Assembly: GCA_964636545.1 (NCBI GenBank)
Contig: CAZWSR010000004.1
Location: forward strand, 1-64,000
DNA: 64,000 bases
Source of the DNA: Candidatus Undinarchaeota archaeon
Lineage (GTDB): Archaea > Undinarchaeota > Undinarchaeia > Undinarchaeales > UBA543
Direction: 5' to 3'
The notes below the pieces were generated by a model that saw only the letters and a program-made list of their open reading frames with translations, ran no database searches and was not told where the DNA came from. Both the position numbers and the translations under genes were made by a program. How positions within the stretch are numbered: position 1 is the stretch's first letter; every line of letters begins with the position of its first letter. Shown one piece after another: positions 27,017 to 35,023 of this stretch.

Positions 27017-27571
27017 TTAAACCTTTTTCTTAATGTGAGTAACATCTCTCTTCAAAGTTTGAATGTGTTTTACAGTCTCTTCCATGTGCTTTTTAACATC
27101 ACTCATGTGGCGTTTAACAGATTCTACACCTTTATCTGTCTTAATATTTAGATTGTAATCTTTTTTAACTGTCCTGATCAGTCCTTTAATATCTTCTAAA
27201 TCCTTTTGCATATCTGCAATTTCGTGCTCTGCTTTGCGATTTACAGCAAAATCATATTCAAATCTCTTGCGATCTTTTTCTGATTGCCTGTTTTGGCTCA
27301 TAAGAATTATTGGTGCCTGGAATGCTGCAAGACAAGATAAGAATAAATTAAGTAAGATGAATGGGAATGGGTCAAATGGTTTCCCACCAAGATATCTTGT
27401 TAAATAATAACTGTTTAGCCCAACCCAAACAACCAAAACAATAACGAAACTTAAAATAAACACCCAAGAACCCATTAAAGCAGTCATTCTATCAGCAGCC
27501 CTATCAGCAAAAGATTCTTTGTTTTTTGGAGGACGTTTGTCGTTATGCAGTAAATGGAATTTTTCAGCCAT
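27017..27571 (-). CDS. DUF1003 membrane protein
   Basis: GSW.FI, FDPFPFILLNL.LS..AA.QAP.I.MSQNRQ. Confidence 0.92.
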   Translation of the reverse strand: MAEKFHLLHNDKRPPKNKESFADRAADRMTALMGSWVFILSFVIVLVVWVGLNSYYLTRYLGGKPFDPFPFILLNLFLSCLAAFQAPIILMSQNRQSEKDRKRFEYDFAVNRKAEHEIADMQKDLEDIKGLIRTVKKDYNLNIKTDKGVESVKRHMSDVKKHMEETVKHIQTLKRDVTHIKKKV

Positions 27572-27619
27572 AAAAAGTGATAGAGAATTATGGTTTAAAT
27601 AGTTTTAGCAGAAGAAAAG

Positions 27620-27696
27620 TGGAGCCCCGAGGGAGAGTTGAACTCCCGACCTTTCGCTTACAAGGCGAACGCTCTACCGAGCTGAGCTATCGAGGC
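27620..27696 (-). tRNA. tRNA-Thr(TGT), CCA encoded
   Basis: Anticodon arm TTCGC-CTTGTAA-GCGAA. Confidence 0.96.
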
Positions 27697-27747
27697 ATAG
27701 CTCATATTACAAATTAGACGGAATAAAAAGGTTTTGGTGTCTTAAAA

Positions 27748-28488
27748 TTATGGTTTTTGAACAGAAGCTGAACCTGGATTAAATTTCTGTACAACTTCAT
27801 ACAATAATGGTACCAACTTGGTTTCTGCTTTGCGAATATGCTCTCTTACTGTATTTTCATGTAAATCAGCAAGCTCTGCCATGTCTCTAATAGAAACTTT
27901 TCTAGGATATGTGTAATACCCAAGTTTGTACGCCATATTAAAAATCTCTAATTGTTTTGCACTAAGTTCTCCAGGTAACATATTTGCATCTTTTGAAGAA
28001 ATCAAACATAAAAGATCAGTTGGTTTTGGAGTGCCGATATCTGTTTTCTTTAGTTTTAGAAGTTTAGCTTCTCCAATTTCATTCATTGTGTTATAAAACT
28101 GCATCATACTATCTTTATTTTCAGACATGATTGTAGCAGTTTCCATGCCATCACTATCATGCACTGAGTCAAAGAACAAACATCCAGAGTCTGTTATGCT
28201 TTGAGTTGCGGTTTTATCATACTTTGTCTTTGCCAGTACCCTCATTACATTATTAGATTTGTACAAAACTTTTAAGTCTTTAACAAGATCATGGGACTTG
28301 ACGTATTCAAAAGCAGCATTAAGTTCTGCAGTAGTACCTTTCCAGGTATTGTCTGTAAGAACATATTTCTTTACTGCATCTGTGAAAAACGGTTTGGTCT
28401 CGATATCAAGTTCTGGATATTTTTCAGATAAGTCTACAACCCAACACTTGTGTCTGAACCCCACCTTCGAAATTAATACATCCATCAT
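27748..28488 (-). CDS. Bacterio-opsin-activator-type (HTH_10) transcriptional regulator
   Basis: LS.KQ..I...AY..GYY.YPR......A...T..EH.RKAE.KL. Confidence 0.9.
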   Translation of the reverse strand: MMDVLISKVGFRHKCWVVDLSEKYPELDIETKPFFTDAVKKYVLTDNTWKGTTAELNAAFEYVKSHDLVKDLKVLYKSNNVMRVLAKTKYDKTATQSITDSGCLFFDSVHDSDGMETATIMSENKDSMMQFYNTMNEIGEAKLLKLKKTDIGTPKPTDLLCLISSKDANMLPGELSAKQLEIFNMAYKLGYYTYPRKVSIRDMAELADLHENTVREHIRKAETKLVPLLYEVVQKFNPGSASVQKP

Positions 28489-28533
28489 ATTTCTCCTGAA
28501 CTTTGTTTTATAAAAGGTTTTAGATGTTGAAAT

Positions 28534-28585
28534 AGTATGAGTAAATATGGGGTGTGGTAACCGCTATTTTCAATTTACTCATACT
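28534..28585. promoter_or_regulatory. 13-bp perfect inverted repeat upstream of the HTH_10 gene
   Basis: AGTATGAGTAAAT-N26-ATTTACTCATACT. Confidence 0.55.
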
Positions 28586-28753
28586 CAAGAGTTCCACTTA
28601 ACCATTGGTTACAACTTCCACCTAAATATTTAGAGGACTTGTTTTTGCTTGGTGGTTTGGGTTTCATCTTAAACTAAATTGTCAAAACTAGGTTATTTTA
28701 GTTACACTGTGATATCACAGGGGTTTAAAAGCAAATTAAAAATAATAGAAAAG

Positions 28754-28878
28754 TGCCGACGGCGTGGATTGAACACACGACCTCCAGATTTCTTAGCGCC
28801 GAATAAGTCATTTCCCGCAAGGGGATCAGCACTCATAACGCATATGAGTCTGGCGCTCTACCGCTGAGCTACGTCGGC
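28754..28878 (-). tRNA. Elongator tRNA-Met(CAT) with 53-nt intron (28790-28842) at 37/38
   Basis: CCAGA-CTCATA[intron]A-TCTGG; BHB with one C.A mismatch in the central helix. Confidence 0.92.
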
Positions 28879-28994
28879 ATTGATTTGGAGGAACTCAGCA
28901 GGAGTTTTGGATTAGTTTTGCTGTTTATAACTTTTATTGATAGGAATATTCGCAAAAGCATAAATTAATAACCACTAAATCAGTATTCGATTTA

Positions 28995-29876
28995 ATGAAA
29001 GCCCTAATAATCCAAAATCCAATGTCTGGAAGAAGCAATGAATTTGATACTTCAGTAAAAGATATTTTCAAAAAAGCCAACATCAAAATTGAAATAAAAC
29101 AAACAATAGCAAAAGGAGATGGCACGAATCTTGCAAAATCTGCAATTGGAAAGTATGATATTGTTATTGCTGCTGGCGGCGATGGAACAGTTAATGAAGT
29201 AATTAATGGGATTATTGGAAAAAGCATAAAGCTTGGAATCCTGCCTCTTGGTACTGAAAATTCGGTTTCTAAAGAGCTTGGAATTCCTGAAAACTGTAAA
29301 TCAGCTGCAAGAATTATTGCAAAAGGAAATTCAATTAAATTTGATATTGGTTCACTTGAAAACGAAGCAGGAAAACGTTATTTTGCATTAGTTGCTGGTG
29401 TTGGATTTGATGCAGCAATTGCTTCAGACTTAACTCCTCACTTGAAAAAAATGCTTCATGGTGCAGCATATCTTCTTGAAGGCCTAAAAGAACTAGTAGA
29501 ATACAAAAAACACAAAATGATTGTGGTACTTGATGATAATGAAGAGCTTGAAGGCTATTTTGCAATTATTGGAAATGTGAAATATTATGGAATGGGTTTG
29601 GAAATGACACCAGAAGCAGACCCAACATCAGGCCAACTTGACTTAATCCTTTTCAAAAAAGAGAATGTTTTTGAGATGTTAGAATACGGAGTTCATGCAC
29701 TTTTACATAATATTGACAAATTTAAGGATGTAGAATACAGGAAATTCAAAAAAGCAGTTATTGATTCAGAAGGAGACGTGCTTGTACATGCTGATTGTGA
29801 ACTTTCTGGTGGAACCCCAGCAACTTTCCAAGTGCATGAAAATGCAATTGAAGTATTTTATAAAAAAATACAGTAA
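28995..29876 (+). CDS. Diacylglycerol/lipid kinase family (YegS/DagK)
   Basis: NP.SG, AGGDGTVNEV.NG, LPLGT.N, GVGFDA. Confidence 0.93.
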   Translation: MKALIIQNPMSGRSNEFDTSVKDIFKKANIKIEIKQTIAKGDGTNLAKSAIGKYDIVIAAGGDGTVNEVINGIIGKSIKLGILPLGTENSVSKELGIPENCKSAARIIAKGNSIKFDIGSLENEAGKRYFALVAGVGFDAAIASDLTPHLKKMLHGAAYLLEGLKELVEYKKHKMIVVLDDNEELEGYFAIIGNVKYYGMGLEMTPEADPTSGQLDLILFKKENVFEMLEYGVHALLHNIDKFKDVEYRKFKKAVIDSEGDVLVHADCELSGGTPATFQVHENAIEVFYKKIQ

Positions 29877-29911
29877 GGGTTATTGGTTTTTCGTAGTTAG
29901 TTATTCGTAGA
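29877..29911. repeat. Left heptad arm (family 1) flanking the four-helix-bundle gene
   Basis: gggttat tggtttt tcgtagt tagttat tcgtaga. Confidence 0.85.
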
Positions 29912-29964
29912 TAAACTCACTTGAGTTAACAAAAGTTTATTAACACTTAAGCAATCGAGCACAT

Positions 29965-30318
29965 ATGCAAGATTTTACAAAACTAGAAATTTATCAAGAA
30001 GCACAGACATTAGCATTAGACATCTATACTATTACAAAGAAATTTCCAGGAGATGAACGATTTGGAATGGTTCAACAGTTAAAAAGAGCTAGTACTTCAA
30101 TAGGTGCAAATATTTCAGAAGGTGCAGGACGTTCTAGTAATAAAGATTTTTCTAGATTTTTATTTAATTCAGTTGGTTCTTTAAATGAGCTTCTTCATTT
30201 TTTGATGCTTGCTCATAAATTAAAGTATATAACTACTGGAGAATGGGTTATGATTTCTGAAAAAAGCGATAAATTAGGTAGAAAAATTAACAAATTTCTA
30301 CAATCACTTTCTAGATGA
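29965..30318 (+). CDS. Four-helix-bundle protein (23S rRNA IVS-protein / Avd-like family)
   Basis: F..L.IYQ.A, FP..E.FG...Q..RA..SI.ANI.EG.GR, GS..E. Confidence 0.95.
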   Translation: MQDFTKLEIYQEAQTLALDIYTITKKFPGDERFGMVQQLKRASTSIGANISEGAGRSSNKDFSRFLFNSVGSLNELLHFLMLAHKLKYITTGEWVMISEKSDKLGRKINKFLQSLSR

Positions 30319-30321
30319 TTT

Positions 30322-30363
30322 ATTACGAAAAACGAAAGACAAAAAACCAATAACAAATACTAA
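30322..30363. repeat. Right heptad arm (family 1) flanking the four-helix-bundle gene
   Basis: attacga aaaacga aagacaa aaaacca ataacaa atactaa; contains a perfect 13-bp complement of the left arm. Confidence 0.85.
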
Positions 30364-30395
30364 CCTTTTTAAACACAAAATAACTAACCCAAATC

Positions 30396-31467
30396 ATGTC
30401 AAAATTTAAGAATTGGATAATGAGTGGGTTTGGAGTTTTAGTTCTTGGACTTTTCTTGAATTTCTTGCGTGGTAGTGGTTTTACAGGAGTTTTGAAAAAT
30501 GCTAATTATTATTTAATGATGTGGGTCGTGATTCTAAATCTAGTTGTTGTTGCAATCTGGACCTGGCGATGGGACATTGTTCTTAGGGAAATGGGTTACA
30601 AACTCAATTACTTTTATCTTTATGTTGCTACAATTATTGGAAACTTTGGAGATACAATAAGTCCTGGAGCAAGAATGGGTGGAGAGCCATTCCGTGCATA
30701 TTATGTTGAAAAAAAGCATAAGGAAGTTAAAGTTGATGATCTTGCAGCATCGCTTGTTCTTGAAAAGATGTACAACACCACGGTTTTCTTTGCAATAACT
30801 GCAATTTCAATAATTTACATTCTTTTAAAATACACATTTTCAATAAAACTACATGTGCCCTTGTTAATCATTTTAGTTCTTGGTAGTGGAATGATGGCAG
30901 GAATCTTTTACTTAATGTTTAAAACAAAAAAAGGAATAGCTGCATTTGAGAGATTAATGCATTGGATTTTAGAAAAATTATCACATACTCATTTTTGGAA
31001 ATATTTTGAAAAGAAACATATGAGTAAAAAGAAAGTAGAAGCAATCTTTGACAAACACATTAGAAAATTCTTCCAGGACATTGGAAAATTCAGTAGAGGG
31101 GGTGGTTTGTGGACAAAAGGTGCGTTAAATGCAGTATTGTATTGGATAGCACTTTATTTACAAGCATACTTGTGTTTCCTTGCAATAGGGAGTAACATCA
31201 GTTTTGCAGCAGTTGTTGCTATTATTTCAATTTCAAATATGGCTGGAGCAGTTACTTTATTACCAAGTGGATTGGGAATTGTTGAAATAATCCAAACATC
31301 ACTTTCAATGTTATTCGGTGTTGCACTTGCAGAAGCAGGAGCAGCAATCCTACTTCTAAGAGGAAATTACTACTTGTTTGGAATAATATTTGGATATGTT
31401 GTAATGCTAATTGCAACACAAGGTAGAGGGCATAAAGAAATTAAAAAGCATACGCAAGAAGAATAAA
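30396..31467 (+). CDS. UPF0104 / lysylphosphatidylglycerol-synthase TM (flippase-like) protein
   Basis: RW..., P.AR.GGE..R, P.GLG..E; multiple TM helices. Confidence 0.88.
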
Positions 31468-31469
31468 AG

Positions 31470-31572
31470 TGGTCCCCTCTCCGAGATTTGAACTTGGAAC
31501 CTTCCGGTTTCTATACAAGCAATTGCTTGCATCGTTCTACAGCCGGACACTCTACCGTTGAGCTAAGAGGGG
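31470..31572 (-). tRNA. tRNA-Tyr(GTA) with 28-nt intron (31509-31536), CCA encoded
   Basis: C1-G72; TCCGG-CTGTAG[intron]A-CCGGA; BHB helix CTGT/ATAG. Confidence 0.94.
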
Positions 31573-31620
31573 TATCAAATAAATCAGGATAGGAGATTAT
31601 AAGCTTTTTGATTAAAGTTT

Positions 31621-31686
31621 TTGTAATTCGTTATTGGTTTTTTGTTATTCGTTTACGAACTACAAAGAACAAACAACCAATAACTA
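31621..31686. repeat. Heptad imperfect palindrome, family 1
   Basis: ttgtaat tcgttat tggtttt ttgttat tcgt-tt-acga actacaa agaacaa acaacca ataacta. Confidence 0.85.
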
Positions 31687-31725
31687 AAGATAACATATAA
31701 AAACACCAAATACCTACTGCGATTA

Positions 31726-33450
31726 ATGATTCAGAACGTCTTTGTTGAGCTAAGTATTCTAATCCTAATTGTTGTAGGCATTTCAGCAATCATGCGGATC
31801 CTAAAACAGCCGCTGATTATCGGTTATATCCTAGCAGGAATTGTTGTCAGTCCATCTATTTTTAATATTGTTGGAGCAGCTGACTCAATATCAACTTTTG
31901 CAGAAATTGGGGTTGCGTTCTTGCTTTTCATGGTCGGCCTTAATTTGAACTTAAAAGTAATAAAAGATGTTGGAAAAGTTGCACTTGTAACAGGGTTAGG
32001 ACAAGTTGCAATAACGTCAGTTGTATCATTTGCAATGTGTATGTTCTTTGGTTTTTCAAAAATAACCTCACTTTATGTGGCAATTGGGCTTACGTTCAGC
32101 AGTACAATTATTGTAATGAAAATGCTTACAGATAAAAAAGAAACCGATGCGCTGTACAGCAGAATTGCAATTGGATTCCTTATTGTTCAAGATATTATTG
32201 CGATCTTTTTACTCATCTTCTTATCTTCATTTACAGGACAAGTTGGTTTCTCAAACTTTGTTATAAAAACATTCTTTGGTGGAATGGGTTTACTTTTATC
32301 ACTGTTTTTAGTTGGAAAATACATATTGCCACCAGTAACCAAAGCAATTGCAAAGTCACAAGAATTCCTTCTTCTGTTTTCAATTGGCTGGTGTATGGCA
32401 TTGGCGTCACTGTTTTATTACCTTAATTTTTCAATTGAAGGTGGTGCGCTTCTTGCTGGAATAACACTTTCAATGTCCCCCTACAGATTTGAAATAAGTT
32501 CCAGAATGAAACCATTGCGAGATTTCTTTATTGTGATGTTCTTTGTGCTCCTAGGGACACAAATACAACTTGGAGCAATGACTTCGTACATACTTCCAAT
32601 AGTTTTGTTTTCAATGTTCGTGCTTATTGGCGGTCCAGTAATAATGATGGGAATTATGGGCTTTATGGGATATACAAAACGAAATAGTTTCCTTGTTGGA
32701 ATAACTACGGCGCAGGTTAGTGAATTTTCATTGATTTTGATTGCACTTGGTGTGCGATTGGGTCACTTAACTGGAGAGATTCTTTCATTTATGACAGTAA
32801 TTAGTTTAATAACAATTGCAGGTTCTGCATATTATATCAAATACTCAAAAGGTATGTACAATGAATTTTCACCATTCCTTAAGATTTTTGAGCGTTCAGG
32901 AGAGAAAGTTGATGAGCATAAATATCACAAAGACAAGAAATATGATGTTTTCTTATTTGGATATAATAGAATTGGATATGATATTTTGAATGCAATTGAA
33001 AAAACAAAAAAGAGTTTTCTTATTCTCGATTATAATCCTGAAATAATTGTAAATCTGGCAAAGAAAGGTTATGAATGCCGATATGGAGATGCTAGCGACC
33101 CTGAACTTTTGAATGAACTTGATTTCTGTCAAGCAAAAATGGTAATTTCAACAATACCAGACTTAGAAATAAACTTGATGCTTCTGAAAAGATGTAAAAA
33201 TGAGAAAAAGAATGCAGTTATGATATTTGTTTCACATAGTATTGAAGAAGCAATGAAACTATATGAAGCTGGAGCATCTTATGTTGTAATGCCACACTTC
33301 CTTGGGGGGCATCATGCTTCAGTAATGATTGAAGAACATGGATTAAATTTGAACAAATTTTTAAAAGAAAAAGTCAAACATATCAAAGATCTAGAAACCA
33401 GAAAGAGTATAGATCACGAGCATCCAACAACTGAGAGAACTACAAGTTAG
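31726..33450 (+). CDS. CPA2/Kef-type cation:proton antiporter with TrkA-N domain
   Basis: QP.I.GYI.AG, SST.I..K.L, QD, QVSEFS, G..R.G, YGDA. Confidence 0.93.
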   Translation: MIQNVFVELSILILIVVGISAIMRILKQPLIIGYILAGIVVSPSIFNIVGAADSISTFAEIGVAFLLFMVGLNLNLKVIKDVGKVALVTGLGQVAITSVVSFAMCMFFGFSKITSLYVAIGLTFSSTIIVMKMLTDKKETDALYSRIAIGFLIVQDIIAIFLLIFLSSFTGQVGFSNFVIKTFFGGMGLLLSLFLVGKYILPPVTKAIAKSQEFLLLFSIGWCMALASLFYYLNFSIEGGALLAGITLSMSPYRFEISSRMKPLRDFFIVMFFVLLGTQIQLGAMTSYILPIVLFSMFVLIGGPVIMMGIMGFMGYTKRNSFLVGITTAQVSEFSLILIALGVRLGHLTGEILSFMTVISLITIAGSAYYIKYSKGMYNEFSPFLKIFERSGEKVDEHKYHKDKKYDVFLFGYNRIGYDILNAIEKTKKSFLILDYNPEIIVNLAKKGYECRYGDASDPELLNELDFCQAKMVISTIPDLEINLMLLKRCKNEKKNAVMIFVSHSIEEAMKLYEAGASYVVMPHFLGGHHASVMIEEHGLNLNKFLKEKVKHIKDLETRKSIDHEHPTTERTTS

Positions 33451-34181
33451 ATTTTTCTAGCAAATATTAGAAATGCAGTGTGACCAATAGGTGCAGTTCT
33501 AGGTCTTGACATATCGCCACCAGCTTCCCAAATACGCTCGATTATTTCTCGAACCATAATATTACTGAATTTTGTTAAAGAGTTCTTGAATTTAACAACT
33601 TGTTCAACTGTTGGGCAATAACCAACAATAAAACCACCAGGCTTCAAGGCCTTGTAAGCTCCCGGAACAGCTGATGCAGGTGCACCCATATCAAGCATAA
33701 CAATATCTACTTCTTTTTCTTTAATCCCTTTTGTAACATCTGCATTCTTTAAATCAACATTAGTTACTCCACAGCGATCCAAATTTTTCTTTACAATTTC
33801 ATAAAAATCTTTGCGAATTTCGTAAGTATGTACTTGTTTTACAATTGAACTCATGAAAATAGTCATCGCACCACTGCCACCACCTGCTTCTACAACAACA
33901 TCTGTCTTGCACATACCCGTGTGTGCTGCTATAATTCCAGCGTCCTTGAATGTGATTATTTGAGGTGCGCGCTTAATTTTACGCAGTTTGTCAGGTATTC
34001 GTGGGATAACGATTGTAAATTCCTTACCCATATGTGTTTTTACTTTATCACCAGGCTTCAGCTTGCGCATTGCTTTAAGATCAAAATTGCCATACTCTGT
34101 ACTGAAGGCATCTTCATTTAGATAAATAAGATAATTTTTGTGGCCTATTAATTGTACTTGGTCTGTTTTCTTGAAAGTCAT
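33447..34181 (-). CDS. trmI: tRNA (adenine-N1) methyltransferase TrmI
   Basis: R.PQI...KD...I, EAG.GSG, YE.R.DF, LD...P, HT.FL. Confidence 0.93.
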   Translation of the reverse strand: MTFKKTDQVQLIGHKNYLIYLNEDAFSTEYGNFDLKAMRKLKPGDKVKTHMGKEFTIVIPRIPDKLRKIKRAPQIITFKDAGIIAAHTGMCKTDVVVEAGGGSGAMTIFMSSIVKQVHTYEIRKDFYEIVKKNLDRCGVTNVDLKNADVTKGIKEKEVDIVMLDMGAPASAVPGAYKALKPGGFIVGYCPTVEQVVKFKNSLTKFSNIMVREIIERIWEAGGDMSRPRTAPIGHTAFLIFARKI

Positions 34182-34275
34182 GAGAATTAGATAGAGTACA
34201 CTGTTTATAAGCATTTTCAAGAAAACCATAAAAACCTACTAAAACATATATTTTCAAGTATATGGATAGCCAATG

Positions 34276-34290
34276 GAAAAGCTTAAATAC
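34276..34290 (+). promoter_or_regulatory. BRE/TATA upstream of 5S rRNA
   Basis: GAAAAGCTTAAATAC about 25 nt before the 5S start. Confidence 0.6.
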
Positions 34291-34311
34291 ACAAATTAGC
34301 TCTAAAAGAAG

Positions 34312-34429
34312 GTCTGACGGCCATAGCGGAGGGGTTCCACCCGATCCCATTCCGAACTCGGCAGTTAAGCTCTCCAGCGATTTGTTGATTACTGCGTTTT
34401 GACGTGGGAAAAACAAGACGCTGTCAGGC
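34312..34429 (+). rRNA. rrf: 5S rRNA
   Basis: GGCCATAGC...CCCGATCCCATTCCGAACTCGG.AGTTAAG; terminal helix CTGACGGC/GCTGTCAG. Confidence 0.95.
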
Positions 34430-34595
34430 ACTTTAATCATGTCCACATCCGCGGAAATTCGAGGTTAAGATTGTTGATTCTAAAGAAATCTGACTAAATT
34501 TTAGAAGCATACAAGCAGCCATAGCTATAGACCTTGCTCTCGATTGGTCATGAAGAACACCCAAATGTCAAAACTTTGGATGTATCATAGGAAAT

Positions 34596-34670
34596 GCCCC
34601 GGTAGTGTAGCGGTTATCATACGACCCTGTCACGGTCGTGACGCGGGTTCGAGTCCCGTCTGGGGCGCCA
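34596..34670 (+). tRNA. tRNA-Asp(GTC), CCA encoded
   Basis: Anticodon arm CGACC-CTGTCAC-GGTCG. Confidence 0.96.
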
Positions 34671-34672
34671 AT

Positions 34673-34746
34673 GGACCCGTAGCTCAGGCTGGGAGAGCAC
34701 TTGGCTTTTAACCAAGGGGTCGAGGGTTCAAATCCCTTCGGGTCCG
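34673..34746 (+). tRNA. tRNA-Lys(TTT)
   Basis: Anticodon arm CTTGG-CTTTTAA-CCAAG. Confidence 0.96.
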
Positions 34747-34773
34747 CTCTAATAATCTAAAAAGAGGAGAAAA

Positions 34774-35016
34774 ATGGCAGAAAAGAAAACAACAAAAAAA
34801 CTAGTACATGACCTTGTGCCAAAGCACGAGCTTATGAAAGAGGACGAAGTTGAAAAGATTCTAAAAGTGTATGGGATTGCTAAACAGCAATTACCAAGGA
34901 TATTAAGTAAGGATCCAGCTCTTGAAGGTCTTGATGCAAACAGGGGCGATGTTGTTCGTATTGAAAGAAAAAGCCCAACTGCTATACTAACAAACTATTA
35001 CAGGATAGTTATCTGA
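34774..35016 (+). CDS. rpoH: RNA polymerase subunit H (Rpo5)
   Basis: H.LVPKHE, QLP.I...DP, RKS.TA, YYR.V. Confidence 0.97.
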   Translation: MAEKKTTKKLVHDLVPKHELMKEDEVEKILKVYGIAKQQLPRILSKDPALEGLDANRGDVVRIERKSPTAILTNYYRIVI

Positions 35017-35023
35017 GGTTCAA

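Noticed and set aside
29965-30318. Diversity-generating retroelement (Avd-like gene)
   Set aside because: No reverse transcriptase and no TR/VR pair seen in the window.
34114-34446. 110-aa minus-strand ORF
   Set aside because: Antisense to the 5S rRNA.
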